A DNA stretch of 64,000 nt, taken from NCBI GenBank assembly GCA_000092065.1, contig CP000585.1. One strand, written 5' to 3'. This DNA comes from Ostreococcus lucimarinus. Its lineage: Eukaryota. Below are positions 51,571 through 61,756 of this stretch, in pieces (position 1 is the first letter of the stretch; every line of letters begins with the position of its first letter). Position numbers and translations under genes: made by a program. The notes beneath the pieces were generated by a model. That model was not told the DNA's origin. It saw only the letters and a program-made list of their open reading frames with translations, and ran no database searches.

Positions 51571-52758
51571 CTACGCCCGAGGGTCCTCGTCAACCTTTGC
51601 GAAGTTCGTGGCGACCTTTTGTCGCAAGAAGTCGGCGTATCGCACCTCGCGCGGAGATGAGTAACCCGATTCCAAAGCACTTTGATCCGTGAGATGCCTG
51701 TTCGATATCACAGCGTCGTAGTTGGGTTCATAAAAGAACGCAATCGAAATACGAGGACGCGCGCAGTTTTCGTCGCTCGGCTTTCGGACGACGCGATGCC
51801 GGGTGGCTTTGAGACTGTCGTCCGTGAAGAGCTGAAGCATCTCGCCAACGTTACAGACCATGTGTTCTGGATGGTGAGGAACATCGATAATCTTGCCTGA
51901 TACTTCGATTTGTAAGCCTGGATGCGTGGCGTGAATGAAAGTCAGCAAACCGTAGTCGGTGTGCCAACCGCACGAAGTTTTCTCGCCATCGGAATCGCAA
52001 CCGGGCGAGTTTATGAGCCGTAAGATCCAAAACGGACATCCCGCGATGTCATCCTCGAGTATGTCCTCTGTGAAGTCGTCCGCTATGCGATAGTGGAGGT
52101 ATTCTTTCCGAATCGCGCCCAATAGCGCGCGCAAAATATATTTACCAATGCGCGTCATCCCTTTCGCGTATCTGTCGACGCGCTCGTTCAAATCGTTCGG
52201 ACCAATGTACGGATGCGGCGCGCGCAAACCACCATCACTAACGGCACACGGTCGATAAAAATCAATGGCTTCGTGCTGATCTCGTCTCCCATTCGTCACA
52301 TTCTCCCCTATTCGTTGATATCCTCTTCCGTTCGTCATCGCGTACGCGTCCTTGTCAGCCTGTTTCTGTGAAAACCACGCGTCGACGTGTGCAAAGGTCA
52401 AATCTTTCCCCTCGATCAGACACCCTTCTGACCGGTCATGCCGCGCGTACTCCCAGAGAAAGTCGTCGGGCAAATCATCACGGGTGTTCAGCGTTAACAG
52501 GTCAACGACGTCGGCCCACGGGATTGATTCCTTTTGAATGGTGCATACGATGGAAAAGAAGCCGAACCGTTCGCACGCGGCGAGAAGCGCTCGACCGACC
52601 TCGCGTCGTCGGGCAAGAATGAAGCGAACGTCCTCGTTCGGATCGCCGGCGCTGAGTAAAGGGCCGACATCGATGACGGGGTACTCGGACGCTGCGTCTT
52701 CGCGCGCGGCGGGCATGCCGTCGAAAGCCGCCGCCGCGCGAGGCGCGTACTGACGCAC
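51571..52758 (-). CDS. 2-oxoglutarate/Fe(II)-dependent dioxygenase
   Basis: HxD...H facial triad context (WHTDYGLLTFIHA...HRVV) and RxS 2OG-binding (RISIAFFYEP). Confidence 0.55.
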   Translation of the reverse strand: MRQYAPRAAAAFDGMPAAREDAASEYPVIDVGPLLSAGDPNEDVRFILARRREVGRALLAACERFGFFSIVCTIQKESIPWADVVDLLTLNTRDDLPDDFLWEYARHDRSEGCLIEGKDLTFAHVDAWFSQKQADKDAYAMTNGRGYQRIGENVTNGRRDQHEAIDFYRPCAVSDGGLRAPHPYIGPNDLNERVDRYAKGMTRIGKYILRALLGAIRKEYLHYRIADDFTEDILEDDIAGCPFWILRLINSPGCDSDGEKTSCGWHTDYGLLTFIHATHPGLQIEVSGKIIDVPHHPEHMVCNVGEMLQLFTDDSLKATRHRVVRKPSDENCARPRISIAFFYEPNYDAVISNRHLTDQSALESGYSSPREVRYADFLRQKVATNFAKVDEDPRA

Positions 52759-52813
52759 GAAGGCTCGGTCAAAGCGTCTATACGTATCACAAGGGCATAT
52801 TCGAGAGCAACTA

Positions 52814-54238
52814 TCAGTTTGGTCGTTCGGAGTAATCGAGAGTGGTCCAATCGTCGAGATCGAGGAGCGCCAAGACGTCTAAAATTTGCTCGTCCTCGAC
52901 GTCTACAATTTCCTCGTCCTCGACGTCCTCGACGTCATCTGTGGCGGGTGGTTCTTCGGGTGAGTCAATCAACGTCGACGTCGACGGCTCGCCAGTCGTC
53001 TTTTTCTTGTTCTTCTTTTTCTTCTTAGAGGGTGCGGGGGATATGACTCGTGGTACGTCATCCTTTGCCAGCGCTTCGGCGTCCATGCGTCTGACTGCTT
53101 CGTCGGTGAGCTCGGCCATGGCGAGCGCGCTTTCCATGACGGCGTTCAAGCGTTCTCGGGGCCAAGCTCTAGGTTCTGTCTTCAGGTACACCACAATTGC
53201 TTCGAAGTCGTCGAGTTTGAGTAAATCCACCGCGGCTTCGTTCAGAAAGGATATACAGATGCGCATGATGAGCGACGGAGAACGTTGCGCTAAGAGACAG
53301 TCCATGACGCGTCCACTGAATCGAACGGGAAAGTCAGAAGCAAAGGCAGACATGAACCACCCCGACGCGTATAACACAGGTGCAACGTCATGCTTTTCTA
53401 AGTGTTGCGCCAGTGTAGCGTTCTTCACGCGAAGTACGACGGCGAGTTGGCGTAGACGCGTCTTCAAGCCTTCCATCGAGCGTAGGTACATCGAGCGGAA
53501 ATCGCTGCTCTCCATGAGCGTGACGAACGCCGCGAACGCACGATTTTCGGATAGGTATATCAGAAGCACGCCCGCGACGAAAGCCATGCCTTGGCAGTAA
53601 CCAACTTTTGTGTCGTGTATCGCGTACGCCTTCAGTATGTTGGCCAACGCCCGTCGCCCGTCGGCGCCCTTCGTCGTCGCCGCGGCGAAAAATTCATGAT
53701 TCGGAAACGTCCTCGACAGATCCCGCTCGATAGCCGCACCGACGTTCTCGTCCCAGCCTTTCGATGCTTTAACGCACGCACCATCCCCAGCGCTCGTCTC
53801 CGCCACGCGCGCGCGTTCGCTCTTCGCCTCGAAGGCCTCTCGCAACACTTCGTAGTACCCGCCGTCCGCCGTCAGCACCGCCGCCATGTCGTCCAAGATA
53901 TCGCCCTCCGCGCCGTCGCTCGAGCTCGCCAATCCGTGCCCACCCTCGCGCTCGGCGCGATCGAGCAGGGACTCCCACAACTGCGTCCGCATGAACCCGG
54001 GCGAGTCGGCGTAACAGTTCGCGCCCACTTGCAAATCACAAAGTTCATCCGTCTCCAACTCCCGATTCTTTCGACTCAGCGTCGCCGCGTGCTGCAGCGC
54101 GCGACCGAGCCGTTCGCCAAACTCTCCGCCAACCTTTCCGAGCGCGCTCGTCGTCGATTTCGCCGCGCGCGCGCGTATCGTGGCGTCGTTTATCAGTGAA
54201 TTAAGCCCAGCCGACGCGCGTTCGAAAAAGTTCGGCAT
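52814..54238 (-). CDS. TBC-domain Rab GTPase-activating protein
   Basis: TBC motifs: IERDLSRTFP (Arg finger), YCQGMAFVAGVLL (Gln finger YxQ). Confidence 0.7.
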   Translation of the reverse strand: MPNFFERASAGLNSLINDATIRARAAKSTTSALGKVGGEFGERLGRALQHAATLSRKNRELETDELCDLQVGANCYADSPGFMRTQLWESLLDRAEREGGHGLASSSDGAEGDILDDMAAVLTADGGYYEVLREAFEAKSERARVAETSAGDGACVKASKGWDENVGAAIERDLSRTFPNHEFFAAATTKGADGRRALANILKAYAIHDTKVGYCQGMAFVAGVLLIYLSENRAFAAFVTLMESSDFRSMYLRSMEGLKTRLRQLAVVLRVKNATLAQHLEKHDVAPVLYASGWFMSAFASDFPVRFSGRVMDCLLAQRSPSLIMRICISFLNEAAVDLLKLDDFEAIVVYLKTEPRAWPRERLNAVMESALAMAELTDEAVRRMDAEALAKDDVPRVISPAPSKKKKKNKKKTTGEPSTSTLIDSPEEPPATDDVEDVEDEEIVDVEDEQILDVLALLDLDDWTTLDYSERPN

Positions 54239-54369
54239 GGCGCCGTCGCGTCGCGTCGCGCGTCGTCGACGCGCGCGATTCGCGCCGCGATATCGTCGAC
54301 GAAATTAATCCCGCGTCGCGCGAGCGCGCGCCGCGAGATGACGATTGCAAACGCGTTTGCTACGAGTCT

Positions 54370-54888
54370 CTAACCGCCGGCGAGCGGCCACACCTCCGCG
54401 ACGCACGCGGGCTCGGAATCGTCCCTGAACTCCGTGCCGCATCCTCGACAGTGCGCGACGTACACCGCGTACCGCCCGGTCTCTCGATCGAGCGGGACGA
54501 ACGCGCAGCTCTTCTGCCGTTGCTTGTCGCGCGCGACAAAGGCGCCCGAGCCGTCGTCCTCGTCGAGCGCGAACGCGGTGACGCACGACAGCGCGGGCAC
54601 CGGCACGCCGCACCAGCACCAGATCGCGTCCGTGCATCCGTCGCCGCACGAGACGTTGTAGGCGCAGATCGGACAGGCGCGGCAGACCGCGCGGCAGGCG
54701 CCCCCGCACTCGTCGCCGGTGCCACCGCGGCAGCGATGGAAACCGCGAAAATCGCGCGCCGTCGTTCGACCGAGCGCGCGCGCGCGCGCGGTCGCCTCGG
54801 CGTACGTCGGGTCGCGCTCTTCCACGCCTTTGCGCATGTCGAGGGCGTCGGGCGCGCGCGTGCGCGTCGTCGACTTCGCGTCAGTCAT
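54370..54888 (-). CDS. hypothetical cysteine-rich (putative zinc-binding) protein
   Basis: 172 aa with >20 Cys in CxxC/CxC arrays (CRACPICAYNVSCGDGC..., HCRGCG); no confident family match. Confidence 0.3.
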   Translation of the reverse strand: MTDAKSTTRTRAPDALDMRKGVEERDPTYAEATARARALGRTTARDFRGFHRCRGGTGDECGGACRAVCRACPICAYNVSCGDGCTDAIWCWCGVPVPALSCVTAFALDEDDGSGAFVARDKQRQKSCAFVPLDRETGRYAVYVAHCRGCGTEFRDDSEPACVAEVWPLAGG

Positions 54889-54951
54889 GGAACAACATGC
54901 GAACCGTCGAGTGGCGTCTAAAGGCGAGCGCGACCGCGAGTGTTTTGGTAT

Positions 54952-57834
54952 TCAATCACCGGACGCGACCAACTCTTCTATGATGGCTTGCATCGCGCGC
55001 GTCTCGTCCTTGGCGTCGGGCTTGGCTTGATCGCCCTCGGCGAGAATCGTGCTGCCGAGGTTCAGCTTTTGCTCGGCGATGGCGACGATTTTTTCATCGA
55101 CGCTGCCTTCGGTGACGAGACGGTAGACGGTGACTGTCTTCGTTTGGCCGAGACGGTGGCAACGGTCTTCGGCTTGACGATCTATCTGTGGGTTGAAGTC
55201 GCAGTCGTGCAAGATGACGGTGTCGGCGCCGGTGAGGTTTAAGCCTTGGCCGCCGGCGCGCGTGGATAGGATGAAAGTGTCGAGGTATGAATCCTTGGCG
55301 TTGAATCTGTCGACCAACTCTTGTCTGTTATCCACCGCGGTGTCTCCGTCAAGTCGGGCGTATTTCCAACCCATGTGATGAAGGACCCACTCTAGGATGT
55401 CGAGCATGATTTTCCACTGAGAAAATATCAGCGGGCGAGAGCCTTTCGCCTTCAACTCGACGAGAAGTTCCTGCAAGCGTTGCACCTTAGCGCTCTGCAA
55501 ACCGATCTCGGGGTCCAGCATCTTGTCCTTAAGCGCGCCGTCAAGCATGTAATCGCCGCAGAGCTGATGTAAACCGAAATCGCTCAAGCCGCTCACGTGC
55601 TCCTTGACGCGCTCGAGTCGAGCGTCGGGGCCGAAAACTCGTTTTTTGTGACAGATGTCGGCGATTTCAATCAAGTCCTCGTCGGTGTATTCGTTTCGCA
55701 CGAGTAAAGGATGATTCGCAACCTTGCGTAAATGCACGAAAATTGCTTTCAACCTTGACTGGGCCAAACCGATGCCATTCGCACTTCGCGCCTTGCCTTC
55801 TAACGCCTCACGACGAATTCGATCGACGGCGAGCTTATATGCCTCAGCTTGTCTTCCGCTCATCGCGATGACATCCTTCACTTGCACCTTCGGCGCCAAT
55901 TGCTTCGCGACAGTTTCTTTGAGGCGTCTGAGCACGAAAGGTTCCAGAATGCGTCGCACTTTCTTGACCCTACGTTCGGATTGGTCGTCTTCTTCGAGGC
56001 CCTCGCCAAGTTCGCCGTGTTTCAGTAAGCCTGGTAACACGAATTCAATCAACGCCTCGAGTTCGCGAAGGTTGTTTTGAAGAGGAGTTCCGGTGAGCAG
56101 GAGACGATAGTGCGCCTTGCGCGCCGTTCTTGTCAACCTTATTGTTCTCTGCGCGTCTCTGTTCTTTAGCAAGTGCGCCTCGTCTAGGATTAAGTGAGAA
56201 AACTCCATGCGTTGTAACCACGAACGATTATCTTGCGACTCGATAGAGTCACGTTCGAATAAAGAATAGCAAACAATGATGACGTCGTAGCAGCATTCGC
56301 CGGTTCGCTCTCGATGATATTCTTCCGTTTGTCGGACGTCTGCGCGACTTTCGCCGTGAAACACACCAACGCGCATATTTGGGGCCCACATGCCGAGTTC
56401 ACGCTTCCAGTTTTCCAGAAGACTCGCCGGAGAGACTACGAGGACGGGATTTGGCTTGGAGACCACGCGCGGCCAACGCACGCCGTTCTCGGCAAGCGCG
56501 CCAGTGTCTGGGTGATATCGACTCGTCGCTATGAACGCAATCGCTTGGGCGGTCTTTCCAAGACCCATTTCGTCTGCCAAGATAGCGCCTGGAATCGCGT
56601 TTTGCTGTAAAAGCATGAGAAAGTTTACGCCGACCATTTGATACGGTTTAAGATTGACCGAAAACGTTCCGCTGTCCATACCTCCCGTCGCCTCGACGAC
56701 GTTGTCAACTGAAAACACTGGCAATCGACCATTCTCAGCGTGCGCCGCTTCCTTCAGCGTATTTCGCAACCGCTTCGACATGTTCTTACACTCTTCGTAC
56801 GCTCGGTCCTCATCCTCCGTCGCGTCTCCCCCGGCGTTTTTCCAATCCTCCTGATCCGGACGATAATCATCAAACTCATCATCCTCTCGCTGCATGACGT
56901 AGTCTTCGCGCTGTCTGTAACTTGGCGCGCCTCTCGCGTCCCTAGCTTCCTGCGCGAGCGCGTCCAGCCGCGCCTTAGTTTCGCTCCTTTGCCTCGCGCC
57001 TGCGTCCTCTTCTTCGCTCTCCTCGTCCGACGTGCTTCCGCTATCGCTATCTTCATCCTCCGATCGCACGACCGCTCTCGCCGCAACCGGCTTCTTCACG
57101 CTAAACTTCAACGTAGGCTTCGTTCCCGGGGGATAGCGCTTCGGGTCGACGTTCTTTAACACCACGCCCTTCACCGCCGGCGCCCGAAATCTGCTCGCCA
57201 CGGGATTCGTAGAAAAATCCTCCGCGTAGTGCGCCCCCCCTCCGCCGAATCCCGCGCCCTCGTCCTCATCGCTCGCGCTTCCAAGCGACGACTCGCTCGC
57301 CGCGTCCGCATCGCTCTCTTCCGCCATCTCGCTCTCGCTCGCGTCTTCGCTCAAATCCTCGTCGTCGTCCGCCAGGAAGGAATCGTCGTCGCCGCCGCCC
57401 GCCTCCCGCGCTCTCTTCCTCGACTGCGTCTTCGCCTTCGTCTCCCCCTTCCGCATCCAGGGCGGCGACGACTGCGACGGCGCGTCTAACGATCCGACCG
57501 CGCGCGTCTCCGCGCCTTCGTCGCCGCCGACGCGCGCTAAAACACCGTTCGAGTGTCGAAACTCGTCGAAGACGGCGTCGTCATCTTGCGCCGGTCGCGC
57601 GCGGTTTTCGTCGTCGCTCGCGGGATCGGCGTCGCGCGCGCGCGAGGGATCGATCGGGGCGAGCGCGGCGGCGTCCATCGCGCGCGCGAGCGGTCGGACG
57701 CGCGCGCGCGGCGAGGTCTGACGCCGACGTGGGGTGGGCGCGGCCGGGGCTGGGCTGGTTTGAATCTCGGCGCGAAGACGAGGGCGACGACGACGCGGCG
57801 AAGAGGACGCGGCGATGCGGTGAATAAAATACAA
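54952..57834 (-). CDS. SNF2-family ATP-dependent chromatin remodeler (Fun30/SMARCAD1/ETL1-like)
   Basis: Helicase motifs I (DEMGLGKTAQAI), II (DEAHLLKN), III (LLLTGTPLQNNL), HELICc (ILHDCDFNPQIDRQAEDRCHRLGQ); acidic N-terminus. Confidence 0.8.
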   Translation of the reverse strand: MYFIHRIAASSSPRRRRPRLRAEIQTSPAPAAPTPRRRQTSPRARVRPLARAMDAAALAPIDPSRARDADPASDDENRARPAQDDDAVFDEFRHSNGVLARVGGDEGAETRAVGSLDAPSQSSPPWMRKGETKAKTQSRKRAREAGGGDDDSFLADDDEDLSEDASESEMAEESDADAASESSLGSASDEDEGAGFGGGGAHYAEDFSTNPVASRFRAPAVKGVVLKNVDPKRYPPGTKPTLKFSVKKPVAARAVVRSEDEDSDSGSTSDEESEEEDAGARQRSETKARLDALAQEARDARGAPSYRQREDYVMQREDDEFDDYRPDQEDWKNAGGDATEDEDRAYEECKNMSKRLRNTLKEAAHAENGRLPVFSVDNVVEATGGMDSGTFSVNLKPYQMVGVNFLMLLQQNAIPGAILADEMGLGKTAQAIAFIATSRYHPDTGALAENGVRWPRVVSKPNPVLVVSPASLLENWKRELGMWAPNMRVGVFHGESRADVRQTEEYHRERTGECCYDVIIVCYSLFERDSIESQDNRSWLQRMEFSHLILDEAHLLKNRDAQRTIRLTRTARKAHYRLLLTGTPLQNNLRELEALIEFVLPGLLKHGELGEGLEEDDQSERRVKKVRRILEPFVLRRLKETVAKQLAPKVQVKDVIAMSGRQAEAYKLAVDRIRREALEGKARSANGIGLAQSRLKAIFVHLRKVANHPLLVRNEYTDEDLIEIADICHKKRVFGPDARLERVKEHVSGLSDFGLHQLCGDYMLDGALKDKMLDPEIGLQSAKVQRLQELLVELKAKGSRPLIFSQWKIMLDILEWVLHHMGWKYARLDGDTAVDNRQELVDRFNAKDSYLDTFILSTRAGGQGLNLTGADTVILHDCDFNPQIDRQAEDRCHRLGQTKTVTVYRLVTEGSVDEKIVAIAEQKLNLGSTILAEGDQAKPDAKDETRAMQAIIEELVASGD

Positions 57835-57852
57835 CGGCCCGAATGCGGGCGG

Positions 57853-58974
57853 TCAATCGTCGTCGGAGTCATCGGTGTCGGAGACGAAGTGAATCGCGGC
57901 GGGAGAGCGGTCGGCGAGCGCGGCGGTGGGCTGCGCGGAGCAGCCGCGGCCGTCGACGCCGACGAGGGCGCGGGTGCCGTCGTAGGTGCGTTCGAGCGAC
58001 TTTCCGAGCTCGTAGACGAGCTCAGACGTGCGACTGGCGGTGAACGAGATGTAGTCGAACACGCCGAACGGCTTCGGGGACTTGCGATGGGGATTGGCTT
58101 CGCCGAGCGCGGCGTGATGGACCTCGAGAACGTCGAGCGTGCGCTCGCGGAGCGACGACGCGACGCGAATGAGACCGCCGGCGTAGGACGCCAAGGCGGC
58201 CAAAGCCACGTTGTCGTTCCTCGCGAGTTTCATCTGTTGGAGTGAAGTGAACTCGGCGTTGGGGTATCTCGCATAGAGCACTCTGCGGTACGCGCTCGAG
58301 TTTCGAAGTCGTCGAGCGAGCGTCTTCGCGCGAGAACCGTGTCCCCAAGTCTTCAGAGTTTCCAACGAGTCGATCGTTTGTTGCTCCTTCAACTTCGCAC
58401 TCCACACCGCTTCCGCTTTTTCTAGCGCGTCTAATTGCGCTACGACGTCGATGTCGCTCATCACCGCGTGTTCTTCCGTCAAATCGCTCCCCCAGAAGGA
58501 CTCGCGATCCGCCAACGCCTCGGGATCGAACCCGTAACTCACGCTCAGTTCGTTGTACAAACGCACCCCTATCGTCTCTTTCGCGTTCGCCTGCAACGAT
58601 TCTTGCCACGCCGCCGGCACCGGCATCGCTTCTATGCTCAATAACGATATCCTCGTCGCCCCTTCGATGACGCCTCGAATCCACTGCGACGCGCCGATGA
58701 CCTTCTTATACTCCTCCTTGGACAACCCATTGGGAGATTTCAGCGTCGGTTTCGGCGCTTTAACCTCCAACACCACCCCGTTCCACTCCCTCGCCACTTC
58801 ATACGCGCTCGCGTACGTGAACGCGCCGTCATCGTCCGAAAACGACGCCGCCGCGTTCGCCAACTGCTTATCCAACGCCCGCAGGCATTCCCAGTGCTCG
58901 CGCAGCGTCTCTCCGCTCCGTCCGCGCTCTCCGGACGACGGCGACGGCATGGACTCCCTCTCACTCCCGGGCAT
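57853..58974 (-). CDS. hypothetical protein (possible PD-(D/E)xK-like motif; weak)
   Basis: Non-repetitive 373-aa C-terminal part of ORF 57853..60243(-); upstream remainder is R/A-rich and overlaps a plus-strand gene (artefact). Motif ...DDDGAF...VVLEVKAPKP... compatible with D...ExK nuclease core, unverified. Confidence 0.3.
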   Translation of the reverse strand: MPGSERESMPSPSSGERGRSGETLREHWECLRALDKQLANAAASFSDDDGAFTYASAYEVAREWNGVVLEVKAPKPTLKSPNGLSKEEYKKVIGASQWIRGVIEGATRISLLSIEAMPVPAAWQESLQANAKETIGVRLYNELSVSYGFDPEALADRESFWGSDLTEEHAVMSDIDVVAQLDALEKAEAVWSAKLKEQQTIDSLETLKTWGHGSRAKTLARRLRNSSAYRRVLYARYPNAEFTSLQQMKLARNDNVALAALASYAGGLIRVASSLRERTLDVLEVHHAALGEANPHRKSPKPFGVFDYISFTASRTSELVYELGKSLERTYDGTRALVGVDGRGCSAQPTAALADRSPAAIHFVSDTDDSDDD

Positions 58975-59326
58975 CGCCACCGACCCAACGCTCGGCGCCG
59001 CTTCGCACGCCCGCGCGTACGCGTCGTCCAACGTCTTCGCCGCGCTCGCGCGCGCCTCGCTCGCCGCCGCCCGCAGCAGCGGCACCCGTCCCCATCCTCG
59101 CGCGCACGCCTCCGCGACCGTCTCCGACGTCTCGCGCGCGTCGCGCGCGTCGCGCTCTCGCCGCGCGTCGCTCGTCGGCGTTCGAGGCGTCGCGCGTTCG
59201 CGTCGCGTCGTCGATCCGTCGTCGGCCGCGCCGGCGGCAATCGGCGTCGTCATCGCGCGCGCGTCTCGCGTCGCCGGCGCCGCGTCGCACGCGACCGCGC
59301 GCGCGCGATCCGGACCGTCGTCGCGC

Positions 59327-59357
<31 letters not shown>

Positions 59358-59416
59358 CGCCGCGGACGCGCGCGCGCGCGAGCGAGCGACGCCAAGTAAC
59401 GACGTAACGACCGCAC

Positions 59417-61669
59417 ATGACGACGCGCGAACCGACGACGTGGCGCGACGTCGACGCGCGCGACGTCGGCGCGCGCGCGCGCGCGCTCGCCGATCGTCGA
59501 CGTCGACGCGATGCGACGCGCGGCGCGTCGTCGAGCGCGCCGGACGCGCGACGCGCGAGCGATTCGTCGCGCGTGGAGGACGCGCTGGGATTCGAAGGCG
59601 TCGACGCCGTCGCGCTCGTCGAGCGCGCGCGCGCGACGGCGGGCGAAGACGTCGACGCGTGGGATGAGAAACGCGCGCGCCGCGCGACGCTGGCGAGGAT
59701 GACGACGACGGAGGAGGGGTTCGACGCGAGGGCGTATCTCGTCGCGGCGCACGGCGAGCGAACGCGCGAAGAGCTGGCGAGAGGGGCGACGAGGCTGGAG
59801 GCGGAGATCGACGCGGTGCGGGCGTCGACGCGAATGTCGGCGGCGGAGGAGTTGCCGACGGTGCTGGCGTGCTTGGACGCGATGGAGGACGCGAGAGGGG
59901 TGCTGCGAAGAGGGCGAGAGGAGGCGGGCGAATTCGGCGCGACGGCGGAGTTGGAGGCGCGACTGTCGCGAGCGTGGAAGAGCGCGAGGGAGAGCTTGAG
60001 GGAGGTCTTTGCGATCGAGGAGAGACGGGAGAAGATTGCGCGCGCGCTCGAGGCGATGGAGCGGCACGAGGACGTGTTCGGGATTCCGGGAGCGGTGCGA
60101 GAAGCGCTGTCGCGAGGAGAGTACGCGCGCGCGGCGGAGACGTATCGTCGCGCGCGCGCGGCTTTCAGCGGCAAACGCTCGCGCGTCTTAGATGCGGTCT
60201 TGGATGAAGTCGAAGAAAACGTGAAATCCGCGGAGGAGCGCATGTACGAACGCTTGTACGTGGGAGACCTCGACGACGCTCACGCGGAAAGAATCGTCAC
60301 GGCGCTGCAGACGTTGAAACTTTGCAGGCCCGCGTTGACGTCGAGTCAGGGTGAAGTCACGGCTGCCGGTAATGCCGTGCATATTTATTTAGATAGATTA
60401 GTGGAGTACGCGTGCGAGGAACTGACGAACACGGCCTCGAGCGATGACTTTGACGTCGAGACGCTCAGTCGAGGATATCGCGCGCTTTTCGTTCGCGTCT
60501 GGCGCTTCGTGACTCTCATGGACACGTGTGCGTCGTCATACGCGCGTGATGCGTCGACTAAGATCCAATCGGTATACGTTGGTTTCATGAAATCCAGGTT
60601 TGACAACAGTCTCAACAAGCGGACAATTGAAACTGACGCCGAGCAAGCGAATCGTCGCTTTGACGTCTTAATTGACAAGTGCGCGAAAATGTCTTGCATC
60701 GGCTTTTCGTTATCGTATTCATACGATATTCTTGGCACGCGATTAAGCTTACAACCGGACTTGCTCGAGGCACTGCAGCAACAATACACGCGTTTTAGCG
60801 TCAGTTTGCGCGTGCACTTGGAACAAGCGCTCAAGTTGGCGGCGCAACCGCTCGCGCAAGACCAACGCCTCGAGACGACCACACAGTCGTTCTTCCGTGA
60901 TGCACGCGTCGTATTTCAAATCACCGCGGAATACTGGCTCGATGAGCGGTTCACGCCTTGGATGATCAACGCCGGTTCACGAGACGTGGGAAGTTTGATT
61001 GACACCTTTTACGACGCTGCTCGCTCGCTCGTGGCGCTGGCACGCGAACTTCGGCGTGGTCCGTTGGCGTCGTTGGCCGCTCTGAAACAGATCGAAAATT
61101 GGTGCGCGGTATTTTTCGATGAGTTCAATTTTACTGGGACCGGAATAGGTAACGAGGCGAATCGCGTGGCGTTCAGAGACGACATCTCACGAACCACGCA
61201 AATGTTTCTGGACGAATTTGTCGGTGGCGAAATGAGCGCAATTATCGTCGCAGTGCGCCGTTGGTTCGCAGCACCGGTGGAGAAAACGTTAGAATCACGC
61301 CCGGAATGCGTCGATGTCTTGCATCGGGTGCGTTCAACGTACGAGTCTGCGACGTCCACGGTGCCCGAACTCGCCACGGCCATCTCGCAAGACATCGCGG
61401 CGCGACTCGTCGACGCGTTACGCTCCGAGTTCACCTCGAATCTCAGTCAGCTTAGACCGACGGCGAGTACACTTCGCGTAGAGTTCGAGCTTTTGAAGCT
61501 CGCGCTGGACGCGCGCTCGACGAAACAGGCGCGAGACGGCGCGTCTCGTCTCGTCGATTTGGCGGCGCGCGTCGCCCCCGACGACGACGCCATCGCGCGC
61601 GCGCGGGCAATCGCCAACGACGCTCAAAAACACAAACACCTCCTTGTCGCGCTCGGGAGATTAGCCTAG
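59417..61669 (+). CDS. possible exocyst Sec5/EXOC2-like tethering-complex subunit (start uncertain)
   Basis: Segment AVREALSRGEYARAAETYRRARAAF resembles Sec5-domain helix (ikeAi..gdY..A...Y..a..lF); rest helical; first ~95 residues R-rich. Confidence 0.35.
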   Translation: MTTREPTTWRDVDARDVGARARALADRRRRRDATRGASSSAPDARRASDSSRVEDALGFEGVDAVALVERARATAGEDVDAWDEKRARRATLARMTTTEEGFDARAYLVAAHGERTREELARGATRLEAEIDAVRASTRMSAAEELPTVLACLDAMEDARGVLRRGREEAGEFGATAELEARLSRAWKSARESLREVFAIEERREKIARALEAMERHEDVFGIPGAVREALSRGEYARAAETYRRARAAFSGKRSRVLDAVLDEVEENVKSAEERMYERLYVGDLDDAHAERIVTALQTLKLCRPALTSSQGEVTAAGNAVHIYLDRLVEYACEELTNTASSDDFDVETLSRGYRALFVRVWRFVTLMDTCASSYARDASTKIQSVYVGFMKSRFDNSLNKRTIETDAEQANRRFDVLIDKCAKMSCIGFSLSYSYDILGTRLSLQPDLLEALQQQYTRFSVSLRVHLEQALKLAAQPLAQDQRLETTTQSFFRDARVVFQITAEYWLDERFTPWMINAGSRDVGSLIDTFYDAARSLVALARELRRGPLASLAALKQIENWCAVFFDEFNFTGTGIGNEANRVAFRDDISRTTQMFLDEFVGGEMSAIIVAVRRWFAAPVEKTLESRPECVDVLHRVRSTYESATSTVPELATAISQDIAARLVDALRSEFTSNLSQLRPTASTLRVEFELLKLALDARSTKQARDGASRLVDLAARVAPDDDAIARARAIANDAQKHKHLLVALGRLA

Positions 61670-61756
61670 CTTTTAGTAGTAAGTAGCTCACAATCGCCGC
61701 GTCCCGCTCGACGTCCCGCTCCACCGTCGCCGCACAGCGCGGCCGCGCGAGGCGGC

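Noticed and set aside
59417-60243. Apparent 800-bp overlap of two long ORFs (57853..60243- and 59417..61669+).
   Set aside because: Informative, non-repetitive sequence of the minus ORF is confined to 57853..58974; its upstream extension is R/A-rich antisense noise, so the genes probably do not overlap.
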